Assembly: GCA_012295275.1 (NCBI GenBank)
Contig: CM022679.1
Location: forward strand, 19,654,001 to 19,718,000
Source: Chrysomallon squamiferum
Lineage: Eukaryota; Animalia; Mollusca
Reading direction: 5' to 3'
DNA: 64,000 bases
Under the pieces are notes generated by a model. That model worked only from the letters and a program-made list of their open reading frames with translations. It was not told the origin of the DNA and searched no databases. Shown piece by piece: positions 13,974 to 27,672 of this stretch. How positions within the stretch are numbered: the stretch's first letter is position 1; every line of letters begins with the position of its first letter. Made by a program: the position numbers and the translations under genes.

Positions 13974-16900
13974 AATATTCGTGTACCAGTTTATATATAA
14001 TAGATGACTTTACTGAAACAATGCAGTTTCTTTCAACTTTTTTTAAGTGTTCATGTCCTGTTTGTTTTAGTTTTGAAAAAGTACTGGCAGTTTTTGACAT
14101 GTTTGTGTTGAATTTCGAACCTAATTCTTCCAGATCAAAATAAACTGTCCATTTTTCAGTTATTTATGTTTTATGTTACTGTCACTGATTTTTTTCTTTT
14201 CTCCTTTTAAGGAAGTTACCATTGACATAAAGAAATTCTATTGGCTTCATGTCATTGTAAATCATACCTAGGTCCCTGACTGTGATAAAATACAATTTAA
14301 GTTTGTGGCTTTTTTTTCTAGTGTATTGTTTCTGCTCAAGACATGGGAAATCCCAAACTGACTGCTAAAAACTCAGCTGCTGTGTCAATCAAAGTTGTGC
14401 GTAACACTGCCCCAAATTTCATCAGTGACCCATACCATGTGGTCATACAGAGAGACATAAAGAACAGTGAAATTGTTGGTGTTTTCACAGTTCGAGACCA
14501 TGACAGAGATGTAAGATGAGATTTCAGTTATTTTGAAATTCAGTAAACAAATTAATGAAGAGAAAGTAAAGTATATTGGTGAGGTCTCTTTATTTCACCC
14601 ATACAGAATAATAATTAACAATACTAATAATTTAAATATAAACAAATAAATAAAATGAAAGCAAGATATAACCCCAAAAAGGCTTTCTAATGAAGTTCTT
14701 GTGTCTAGATTTAAAAATCAGTATGTAAATTACTTTATTTTTAACTATAGCAGTCTTTCAGTTTAACTATACAATATAAACTGTCTGAACATAAGAACAT
14801 TCAATTTTTAAATAGTATCCTTCACATTATAATTTTCAACCAGAAGTGATATTTAAAAAACTGAAAGTAATTTAGAACTTCTTGTTTTGCAGTATCCATT
14901 TAACAATTTAACATACAGCATGATTGGAGATGGAAAAGCTCCAGCCTTGTTTGAAATCCAAGGCAACAATGAAGTGATTGTCAAAAATGCAAATTCCCTG
15001 GCTCAAGACACTGAAATGAATTACACTGTAAGTTTCTGTTACTAGACTTAAGAATTGAATATAATGTGTAATAATAAGTTTTAACTTTATTGTTATGTTT
15101 TGTATTTTCAGGAAAATTATTATTTTTATACATAAAAAAACAACATATTGTATAAGATTTTATTTAAATTATATTAAATTTTTTAGATTGCCTTACACAA
15201 CTGTTTATTGCCTATACTGAGAGGCATGGCACATATTGTTATTTTGTTTTTAACTCAGTTAATCATTTAAAAAACAAAAACTATTTTGGCCATTTATAAA
15301 TAGGAATTGTAAATAACGCAATTTTTATTAAAAATTCACAATTCATAAAGTTATTTCAAGTCAACATTAACTATCTATGTAATGTCAGTTATAGAAATCA
15401 CCTGAAGTATCTAATAATCTGTGGCTGTAAGATTTTTCTTGTTTTCTCAGGTAAGACTGCATGTTAAAGATGGTGGAAGGACATCACTGTATGACACAGC
15501 AGTGATGAAGATCACTGTACAAAGGAACCTACAAGATCCAGTGTTTGAAAACAGCTTTACTGAGTTAAACATAACAGAAGACTTTGTCATCAATGGAATA
15601 ATCACAACAGTCACAGCAAGAGACTCTGACCCAATGGTGTGTTTAATTTATTTCATTTGTTAAATATCTGAATATATTTTCCATACTTCTTTATGATTTC
15701 TAAAAAATTGTTTATATTCAATAATCTTTGTTGATGCTACCTTATCTAACTGTATTGAATTTTTAATAAGAATATGAAATTGGGGAGGAAAATAATATAT
15801 ATATTTGTGTGAAATAAAATATTTAAAAAACTATAATCTATAAAATAACTGTTGCTTTTTTGGCATGGATAGTAAAATATATAGATGGGTATTTAGATAG
15901 GAAATAATTTATAAAATTACTATTAATAAACATAAATTGTTTATTAACATTGTACAAAATGGTTATTTGCAAGAATATAAAATAAAATAAAAATTTATTT
16001 TTAATGTAAGAATTATTTAATTTAGCCTCCAGCCAATGAGATCTTGTATTTACCTGAAGATCCAACAAGCCAGGCTGCTCAGTATTTCTACATCAGTCCA
16101 AACACAGGGGAAATTCGACTTCAGAAATCATTGCAGGGAGAAACCATGAGACACCTAGATGTATGTATGATTGTTTCACATTTCCAAAGTAAAAGTCAAA
16201 TGAAGTTGTTAATATGAAAAGTGCAGTTTACACCTACTGTGGTCCAGGAACAATTTCACTGGCTGCAGCTCTGTATCTCAATTCACTAAATATAAGAATG
16301 ATGTCTCAAAGCTAAATTTTTTTAAATACACCACAGTAAAGTTTCATAAATACTATGTATTTTATGTTTGATGCTGAATGTAAGAGACATTTTACTGAGT
16401 TGTAAATGTGTTTGTAGCTGCTGGTTGTAGCAACAGACAGGGGTGTTCCAGCACGCAGCACTCAGGCCACTGTCAGAGTGAAAGTTATACGTGACACCGA
16501 GACACTCAGCTTTAATCTACCTCGCTATGACATCACCATATCGGAAAACAAACCAGTTGGAGAAAATGTCATTCTGGTCGCTGCGTCACCAGGGGTATGT
16601 TTGAAATGTTTTTATCTCAACTTTACATATCCTCTTTGTACTGATTGTCTGTTGTAGTTCAAATATATAAATAACAGCTTTAGGATGTACTTAGATTCTG
16701 TTTTCAATTACTTGCTTTATATTTTCAAAGTCAAAGTTGGAAGATCAACTACTGAGCATTTATTGATGAAGAAAAATGCATCATATTGGAATTTACTTTT
16801 CTTTTGAGCATATATAAGTCAAATGATACAAAGCTGAGGAATTCTGATGACAGGTTGAATAATAGATTTTCCTTACAAAAAGCTTTTTCCAAAATATTAA

Positions 16901-19900
16901 ATTAATTTTAAAAGTACATTTGATGTATTATTTTGGGAGTTACTTTGTTTTATTGCTTTTATTAAAGCCTGGAATATCTTATCACATTGGTGGCTACAGT
17001 GACAGTGCAGACTGGTTTAGTTTAGACAGCAGTCTGGGCTGGGTAGCAGTGAAAAAAGACCTTCGTGCTGACATTGCCAAACGAAAGATTTACAAGGTGA
17101 GACTTATTTATCTTTGTTTCATTCCTGCTCTATATATTTAACCAGATTTCAGATTTTTGAACAATTTACATTTTCAAAATTCTTTTTAAACCTGTAATTC
17201 ATTAATTTGTGAGCCTCGTGTTTACCGTGAAACTATTATATTATCTTTTGTGTGTATGTGTGTGTGTCATATGTAACAGCAACTGAATCTGTAGTAACTA
17301 AATTATGAACCAGGTATAAAAAGGTATAAAACCAATAATTAGTGAAAACAATAAATAGATTTTATTTTATTTTATTTAAGTTATTTGTTTGTTTTCAGCT
17401 CAAGATTTATGCAGAGAAGAAGTTTACAGTTAATGCACAGAAAATATTTACTAATGTGACTATCCATGTGAGAAGGAATGAAAATGCTCCTAGATTCACA
17501 TCTGCAGGAAATATTTACAAAGTAACAGTGGATGAAAATACAGCCATTGGATCAAGTATTGTACAAGCTAATGCCACTGATGATGATGGTGTAAGTTTAT
17601 TTAGTAAATAATCATTATTTTTATTATTTATTTGTTATATAATGGAAATGTTCTTCTGTAGATGAAATTATAATTCATGTTAAAATATTTTTGATGAACA
17701 TTTTTTTAACCCTCATTTATATCCATATATAATTGAATACATAGTACAATTCAGTTTACATGCTATTATAAATTAAACAAACCTTTGGTTTAACTGAGAT
17801 TGGTAACTTAAGGAGAACTGAACTACTTTTTTCTTGTTCACATTGATTATTGTGAATCCTTTCAAGTCATAATATTTCACTAGGCTACAGAAATAACTTT
17901 CTGATCTGTATAAAAGTTGCTTAAAAGTATTTATTTATGAACTGTATAAAAATTAATTTGCATGCAGGATCTTCTGAGATATGAGTTTATGAAAGAGATC
18001 CCAGGTGTCACTGACTTGTTTTATCTGAATCCTCCCACCGGACTTCTTCAACTCACCAAGCCTCTTCTAGACATCAAACAAAACATTCTCAAAGTGAGTA
18101 CTTACTTCAACAAAAATATTCTAATATGTATATATATATATTATGATTATTTAAACTTTCAAAATTGATAGTAAATTCCTTTTGTAACATTCATTTCAAT
18201 TCCTGGAATTTTGACATAACAAAAACAATTATAATAATAATATAAATACACACAATTGATTGTTATTTCAGTTCAGTGTGGTAGCGCGTGACCAGGCAGT
18301 GGATGAGAAGATGGCCACAGCGTCTGTTGTCATACATGTTAAAGGTGACGACTTCGATCCATACTTCATTGGTACTCCATATTCCTCTTCCATTCATTTC
18401 AACGATCCTGTGGGAACAACCGTTGTCAAAGTTGTGGCTGATGACAATGACAAAATTGTGAGTTCTGTCTGACAACACTCTAAATTCTTACTGATTTTTA
18501 ACAATAAACTGTACATTTAGGTAAACACTGATTTATTGATAAAATTGTTTTTACCGGTCTACTTTTTTATATTTATACCAGTTTATATATCATTAAATTT
18601 TTAAATATGACTTAAAATAAAAATTCTAAAATCTTTTTTCATTTATTAATACATTAAGTTTTGTTCAGTTGAGTCCATATTTTCATATTTTCATTCAGTG
18701 CAGATGTTTATTTATTTATTGATCTAATATTTACTTTATAATCAATATAAATATTTTAATTAAGAATTCTTGCTTACTAATATTATTCATAAATGGTATT
18801 GGTATGCTAAATATTGATTAAAAAATTTTGAAAATGAGAACATCCAAAGAAATCTTTCTTACTAGCAGATTACTGAATTCACTGTAACTTTCCATAAATG
18901 AATTCTTGTATTTACACCAGGGTAAAATGTTGTTTGAAACTAGTGGTGAATATCTGGCAGCACCAGGATACTTCACTGTGGACAAAGAGACAGGAGAAAT
19001 AATTCTACTTGCTTCAGTGGCTTCTGATCCTACAATGAGTTTCACTGTAAGCAAAGAGAGACATTCAACAAAATGAAATAAATAAGTAAAAATACTAGTT
19101 CCACTTTTACCCAGATAAAACAATTGTAAATGTATTGTTTTGCTTTATGAACAATATCTTAATCAGCTATAATTTAAGTCATTTCAGAGCTTTCTTGAAT
19201 GAAGAAATAAAACTGCATAACTAATACATGAAATTATCATATTTTAAAGTGTTTTTTTTTCACAATTTTTGTTTTTATTTAAATTAGCTTGGGTTAATCA
19301 CATATGATTCAGCACGACCAAGACGGACCACATCAACCAATGTGACTATCAGTGTAAACCGAAACCCAAACCCTCCTCAGTTTGTCCACATTAACTACAA
19401 ACAGACAATACTGGAAACCTTTGATCTTGGAGTCAGCATTGTGACACTGAAAGCAACAGATGCTGATCAGGTTTGCAGATTTTTGTCTTTAAAATGGTAT
19501 TGATATGGAACAAAAGTTCATGTTTTTATATAAGTGGCTTTTGAGCACATGATTTTATTTCTCATCTGAAATTTATGAGAATGTAAATATTCTGAAAGAT
19601 GGAAAAAATGATACATATGTGGTTGACTAAATCTAGATATCTAAATATTGTCTTTGAATTTTACTTAAGAAATGATGAACTTTATAATAACCTTATCACC
19701 ATTTTATATATTTCCAGATGTTAACATTATTCATTTTGAAACCTTTGATAATACTAAAGTGTAATAAATTATAAAAAGGATAAATGAAAGCTGGCATTTT
19801 ACTAAAATGTAAGTATCTGTAGTAGACTAAGAATGTGACAGCTCTACACTGATTTCAGGTGTATTTTAACCGACATACTTGTCCTGCCTATTCAGTAATG

Positions 19901-21017
19901 TTTCATATGTATTAATTTTAAATTTTAAATAAACATTAATGATTTAGTGGCATTGTTGTGGTTTTTATCACTGCAATGAATTTTTTTAATATTGTTTCAA
20001 ATGTCTTATTCTTTCAGCATAAAATAGAATTTACACTGGAGAGTGCTGATCCACTAAGCTGCAAGGAATTTTTTATGATATATTCCACAACTGGCCAGAT
20101 TGTGTTGATTCACCCACTCACCCAGTCTGTCTTCACGGGCTGCAGGGTAATACTAACATTTCACAGTGTTCTTTAGTTTATAAAATTATGGTTAATTTAT
20201 ATATATATTTTTAAGTTAATAGTATTTTTATATATCAAATTTCAAACAGACACTTTAGATAAAATCAGATGCAAATGCTTAAAAAAAAATTATATATATG
20301 TGTATATAGCTTTATTTTTTTAATTTTTTTTAAATTAAAATATTTTCATCTCTTACAAGAAGATAAAATACACAGTTATGTTTAAAAGAAATCATTTTAT
20401 AAAAAAAAATCATAAGTAATTACCTTGCCAAAATTCATTATTTTTTGTCTATAGCATGTTTAGAGGCACAGTATAGTTCATGCTACCTTAGGTAACAAAC
20501 AACCCATTGAAATGTATGTTTAATCTGATTCAGGAACTTTTAATGTATGTTTGTCCTTCTTTCTATGAAAATATTTGAAAACTCACTTATTTTTTACTGT
20601 GTCAATTAATATAACAAATTGTTATGGTTGGTTTTACCCTTAGATGAACCATATTGCAACATTATAAGTAAACTATTATTTTATAGCATATTTCTTATTC
20701 CATGAAAATAATGTTCATTCTTATGTAAAGTAGATAAAATATTTCAATTTTATATGATATTTCAAACATAGATAACTAAATGTCAGTACATACTGGTTAT
20801 TTTTCAGTTCACTGCTGCTGCCACTGATGTTGCTAATCCTCCCAGAAAGAGTGCAGAGCAAGCCACAGTTTTGATTTCTGTTGTGAGAAATAACTACACT
20901 CCAGTCTTTAAAGGACCGTATTCCAGTGACATTCCAGAAAACACAACACTCGGAACCTCAGTTCTCACAGTGCTGGCAGTTGATGATGATCTTGTAAGTC
21001 TGACTGAATCAGTTATG

Positions 21018-21062
<45 letters not shown>

Positions 21063-24000
21063 AGCTATGCTAAGTGTCCCAAATTTCTAACCTCACAGGA
21101 CATGTATTTAACCATTTTTATTTAGCAGATCAGTAGCACAGAACCATACAAGTACAGAATTGGCACCAAATGATAATGTAGCAAAAGAATTTGAAGCTAT
21201 AAAAACAAACACTTCCATTCTTAGAAATGTGCAAATGTTTTGCAGTGAAAGCATTAGAAAATGTACAGAAGTAAATGGAAGTCATTTTGTAACTCAAAAA
21301 CTAACTGATACTTGATAAATTAAATAAAAACGTCATAGAAGTTTATACTTTTTCTGTTCTTTTGTGAACACACAGATATAGATGCATATAAAATGAATGT
21401 AATAGTGGGCCAATCAATGTGTGTCTTTCAGATAGTTTTCACTGCTAATTTCACATTTCAGGAATCTAACTTCTCCACTGTCACATATCAGCTGATTGGA
21501 GATGACAGCACACTTGACTTTTTCATCATTGATTCTCAAAATGGAAACATCTACGTCAACAACGATCTCACGCAAGAAAATATTAATTCTTATGTGGTAA
21601 GTGAACTACTTTTTTAACTGCTCTGAATACAACACAGTAAAAGTTTTTATGTTAACATTCAAATTAATCTTAGTTTTGTGTTATTATTACATTTTTATTC
21701 TGATTCTCAGATGAAATTGGTATTAGTGTTTTATCTCTCGATTAAATCCAGGCTAGAATTGTAGCCTATGATGGGGGTTCTCCTGCAAAGAGTGCCACAG
21801 TGACTGCTGTGTTAAACATTGTGAGAAACCTCAACAGTCCTGTCTTCAAGCAGCACTTTTACAACCTGACTGTATTTGAGACTCACCCTCTGAGAAAAGT
21901 TGTGACACAAGTTGAAGCTACAGACAGAGACAGACAGGTAACACTGAGTGTTCAAACAGTGACTTGTACGCAGTTATACAATATATGCCTGAGAAATTGA
22001 ATTTTAATTGTTGTTTGATTTATTTATTTATTTATTATTAATATTATTTAATTAATTAATCAGTTTATTTATTTATTTAATTAATTTTTTTTGTTGTTGT
22101 TGTTGGGTTATTGTTGTTTTTTAATTTATGTTTGATAAAGTACATAACTATGTGTATCTGTTAATTTAAATGTACATTTATGTTCTGTATATGTGTTCTC
22201 AATTGAACAAAATAATGATTAAATCAAATAAATTGTCTTTAATTTAAATCTGTTGTTTTTTCTACTTACTAAATCTATTTAATATATGTATTTTTATATA
22301 TAATCTTTTGTTAAATAATTTGGCAGTTATAAGAAATATATCTGACCAGAAATTCTTATTAATGATAGAAAATAAAAGAAGTGTATTACATAAGCAGTTA
22401 ATTAATACAGGGTCCATGGAGCAATGTGAAATATCAGATGATAGATACATCACTAGGAAGTATAGCTAACACTTACTTCAGAATAGACTCAGCAACAGGA
22501 AAAATCTTTGTCCGAATCCCACTCACTGAAGATGGATCTGATCAGCAGATATTTGAGGTTTTGTTTTGTAGTCTTTATTATTCTTTGTGTGCGTGTAGGT
22601 GTGTTCATGTGTCTTTGTGTGTGTGTGTGTGTGTGTTGTGTGTGTATGCGTGTCTGAGAAAGACAGAGAGATGTATTTTTTTATGTTTATGTTTGAGTGT
22701 GATAAAGAAAGAGATACTGGGAAGAAAAAGTTAAGAAAAACTACATATTGAATAATTTGATGTTAAACACCATATATTTTTCATTCATTCACATTGTTAC
22801 AAATTATTATTTATAAAAAAAATTAAAACAAATCAGCAGTAATGTTGTATTTTGTACAATATGTTAACTATAGCTTAAATGTTAAATTGTTCAGTAAAAA
22901 AATTACAGTGCTTTTATAATAAATATAACTTTACACGTTATTTCTTATTAGGATTCTGTTAAGTACATACAGCTTGAGATGCAAATAATTATATATGTTA
23001 GAATCCATATTGACAAACTCAACTTTTTATTTCTGCTTTCATACCAGTTTGGTGTTCAAGCCCAGGATGATGTCAGCCCTCCTCAAACATCTGATCCAAA
23101 TGCTAAAGTGGTCATCACAGTGATCAGAAACTTAAAAGCACCTCATTTTGAAGGATTTCCCTACCAGGCCACCATTTCTTTCAAATCCCCAGTCGACTCC
23201 TCTGTGTTTACAGTCACAGCTACTGATTTGGACACAGAGGTAAGCACTCAGAGCTTTATCATATTTAGCATCTGCTTCAGATATTTATTGTTATGTGTTT
23301 CTCCAGTTTCTCATTAACCATAAAGCAAAATTATTTCTCGTATTTTCCACTAATACTACAGTTGAAACTCACAAAGGTATCACATCATGTACGTAAAACA
23401 CTTTCTTCTGTCTTATACTAACATTACTGTTGAAGGGTTTTACTGAGATTATATTCCATTTTGTATTGAAATTATTTGAGTTTGTAAAGTTTATTTCTAA
23501 TGCAAAAGTGATAGATAACATATTTTTTATCTTTACAAATAATTTTTTCTAACATTTAAAAAACATTCTTTAAATACTTTCTGCTGTGTTGTAATTTCAG
23601 GCACCATACAATGTTGTGTCATACATTTTGATTGGAGATGGGACAGCACCTCAGTTTTTTCAAGTGAACACCAACACCGGACTTATAAAAACAACATCAT
23701 CTCTTGAAATGGATACAAAGGAACAGTATATTGTAAGAACTGGGTTCAATAATAAAATGATTTTTTTTTTAAATTAAACAATTAAAATTATTTTAATTCT
23801 GTAATGAAATAGTTTGTGTCAATGTTTTGGTAAATAATTAGATGACAAAAATTTTCTAAGGAATCTTATTGTTAATGTAAGTTCAAATACATTTTTGAAG
23901 AAATATAATGATGTTTTATTTTATATATAATTATATAATAAATGTAATTTTATACTTTACCATTAGAAATGTTAACTATAAAGAATATTTTTATTTTAAA

Positions 24001-25878
24001 AGCTGCGCTTGATAGCAAGGGATGGTGGGTTTCCACATCTGGAAGACACTGCCACTGTTGTAGTTGATGTTACAAGGAATTTGTTCAAGCCAGTCATTAG
24101 ATCTCATGAATACAACATTAATATACTGGAAACACAGCAGTTTGGTGTGGCTATAGTCACTATTGAAGCCAGTGACAGTGATCAAAACGTAACTGTTTAT
24201 TATTATCCATTTAAAATATAAAATGTAAAACTTAATAATTATTTAAAATAATATAACTTTTTAGACAGATATTTTTTAATATATTGTCAGATAGATATAT
24301 AATAATATCTATGATGGAAACCGTAAAATAACAAATAGCCAAATGAAAATATTTATAGAATAAAGATTAAAATAACTTAATAGAACCTGACTGAATATTC
24401 TTCATAAATTATAAATATATCAGTCAATTTTTGTTAAATGTTCCTGATGTACCAATGTCAAGATAAAATTATTAAAATGAATTTATCTTTCTTTATGAAA
24501 TTTTCAGCCACCATACAACAAACTAGTATACAAACTGTTAGGAAATAGTTTGTTTAAAGAATATTTCAAAATTGACCCTTACCTTGGAGACCTGTACTTG
24601 TGGAAAGATCTTACACTGACCTCTGTGGCTGACCAGTTTGAAGGTCAGGTTGAAGTGTGTGACGGTGCTGTGTCACCGCTGTGTTCAGATGTAACAGCTA
24701 ACGTAACTGTAACAGTGATTCGAAATCGCCATGTACCTCACTTCGTAAACCTGCCTTACAACCAAGACTTGCAGCAGTCGTTTGGGGTGGGAACCAGCGT
24801 ACTGACAGCTACTGCCATTGATGAAGATGACCCAGTAAGATGGGGTTTTGTACAGAAAATGTTTATTTTAAACTTTCAGATAACAAACTTTGATTTATTT
24901 CTACTGGGAAATATGTGATTTAGAAGAATGTTTGTGTCTTTACGTGTACTTTATTAAAGGTAACACTACAAAAGACTTTAAGTTAAAAATTATTTCTGAA
25001 CTTAAAATATAATATCACTGTGTAAAATATCATTATAAAATGGAAGGGAAATTCTTCTTTGTTAATTGGCCAAGTAAAACAAATTATAAGTTATTAACCC
25101 ATCTCAAATCTTTAATATTTTAAAATTAAATTAATATATTGATTTAATTTTTAACTATTTCCTTTTCTAGACAACGCCTTTTGGGAAGATCAAATACCGT
25201 CTGATTGGAGATGGGTTTTCTCCTCACTTCTTCAATGTCAGCGAAATGAGTGGATTGGTTGAGATTAGTGAAAACTTGGCACAGACATCCATAAATGAAT
25301 ACCAGGTGTGGTTTTAGCTTAATATTACATCTTACTGGGCTGTATCTTGCAACTACGTATTACAAGTGAAATGAAAAATGCACCTGATTTAATACACATA
25401 TTATAATTTAGTGATGTATGATAGTTTGAAACAAAACAAACATTAAATGTTTATGAAAAGATTTTCATGTTTGTTATCATTTTGTCAATTTTAAATTGTT
25501 GACATAATTAATAATAATTAGATCAACATTAAAATATGATTGATGCTTTTCTTTTAATACATTACTCTTCAATTACTTAATCTTATCTGCAGCTTAGAAT
25601 TGAGGCTTGTGACTTAGGAAATTTGTGTAACACAACTGTAGCAACTGTTACCATAACAACAAACTTCCAGCCTCCAGTGTTTGTTCCTTCAAGATACATG
25701 GCAACTGTCTTGGAAACCATTTCACTTGGTGATGTCGTAGTTGATGTTAATGCTACTGACAGAGATCTCACTGTAAGATACTCCTGTTTTCATTACAGTT
25801 TTAAAACTATATTGAATATGAAAAGTAATATTTATAAATATATATTTTTGTTTATAATAAATTTATGTGTCATTTTAT

Positions 25879-25932
<54 letters not shown>

Positions 25933-27641
25933 GAGAGATAATGTTAACTTTTTTCAAATGTTTTAGGAAAATATTTCAGTACTATTGATTACAACAAGAT
26001 TTTTGTAACCATTGATTTAGTTTATTTTTGTATAAAAGCATCCTGCTTCTAAACCTAAAACATTATCTGTATTTCAATTATATTTTAACAGAACATTATA
26101 AAGTGCTGATTTATATCTAGTAAGAAAAGAAAATTTGTAATATTCTGTATGTTTTTTCTATTCTAGTTATCTCAGTAGTTACCAATAGCAGTCATTTGAT
26201 AATGAGTTAATAGTAGTAGTCCTCTGATAACAAATTACTAACTGGCTGTAACACTGTGTTGTTTTTCTTGTAGTCTCCAAACAATGAAGTCAGGTATGCT
26301 ATATCTGAGGGGCCAGAAGATTTAGCTTGCTTCATCATCAACCCGGTCAGTGGCAAGATCGCAGTGCGGCAGTCTCTCTTACGTGATCCCTGTCTTGGAA
26401 ACATGTACAAGGTATGTGTAAACCACATACATCTTTTCAGTGTTCAGTATTCATAAGAACATTTTATTAATAACTAACACAACTTAATTAGTTGGTTAGC
26501 TAATGAATCACTGTAGAATTAATAACTATTTTATTATCTGAATTAAGCATTAACATTTTTAATATTTCATTAATTTGGTGTTAAAATAATATTTAATTAA
26601 AAAGAAAAAAGAAAAGGACACCTAAGAATAGTTTTTGGTTAATTTGATTTTAAAATTAATTTTGATGTTTTTTATATGGGTTTTTGTTATTAAGTTTTAT
26701 TTATTTATTTATTTGTCAGATGAAGGTTGTGGCGAGTGATCGTGGTAAATCACCACTTCGCAGTCAGCCCGCTCCAGTTGACATCTACATACAGCGCAAC
26801 ATCCACTCACCTGTTTTTCAAGGCCTTCCATTTGAAGTTTTAATTCGTGAAGACTTCAACAGCAGCCAAGTTGTCTATACCATTTCCGCAACCGATGCTG
26901 ACACTGTGGTACAAAGAATAAATATTGCAATAACCTTCATTATCATATTATGAAAATATTGTTACCTACATATATGAAAAATTGTAAATCAGTGAGAAAA
27001 AGATCAACTTTATAAATGCATATCTAGTAACAAAGATATATATTTCTGGTTGTTATTAATGTATCCAGCAGATGTTTTTATCAAAAATCATACTTCAGGC
27101 TAAATTTTAACAATTCACAGTTAACTGAAGTATGTAGTCTTGTTTCATTTTTTATATGACATATGATGATAACGTGATGAAAGCTTTGGCTTATTATATT
27201 AACTATTTTTTCTAATAATTGTTTTAAATATTTTTAACAGAGATTCTCTGTCATTCATCATAAAATAATGACTGTTTTTATTTTTGTAGGAACCATTTAA
27301 TACTCTGGAGTTTGAAATGATCGGTGATGATACAGCAACCCTGTACTTCAAAATAAATCAGCTGAGCAACAACCAGGCACAGATTGTGTTGAAAGAATCA
27401 GTCCTGAATGACACAAAGTCTCAATATGTGGTACCACAGAAACGCTTTCTTTTGTTGTGATACAACTATGTACTGATACAGCTACTTTTTGAATTTCATT
27501 TCTAATTATTTTGTAACACAGAGATTAAGTATGTTTAGAATGCAGATTACTAGATGAATAATCTGATATTTACTGCTGTTTTTGATTTCAATGTAATATA
27601 CTTTTTTAATTATTATTTTTATTTATTTATTTATTTATATT

Positions 27642-27672
<31 letters not shown>

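Noticed and set aside
18263-19123. Minus-strand ORFs overlapping exons (also 25583, 34160, 46300, 47327, 53840)
   Set aside because: Antisense shadows of the cadherin exons with no independent motif or splice structure.
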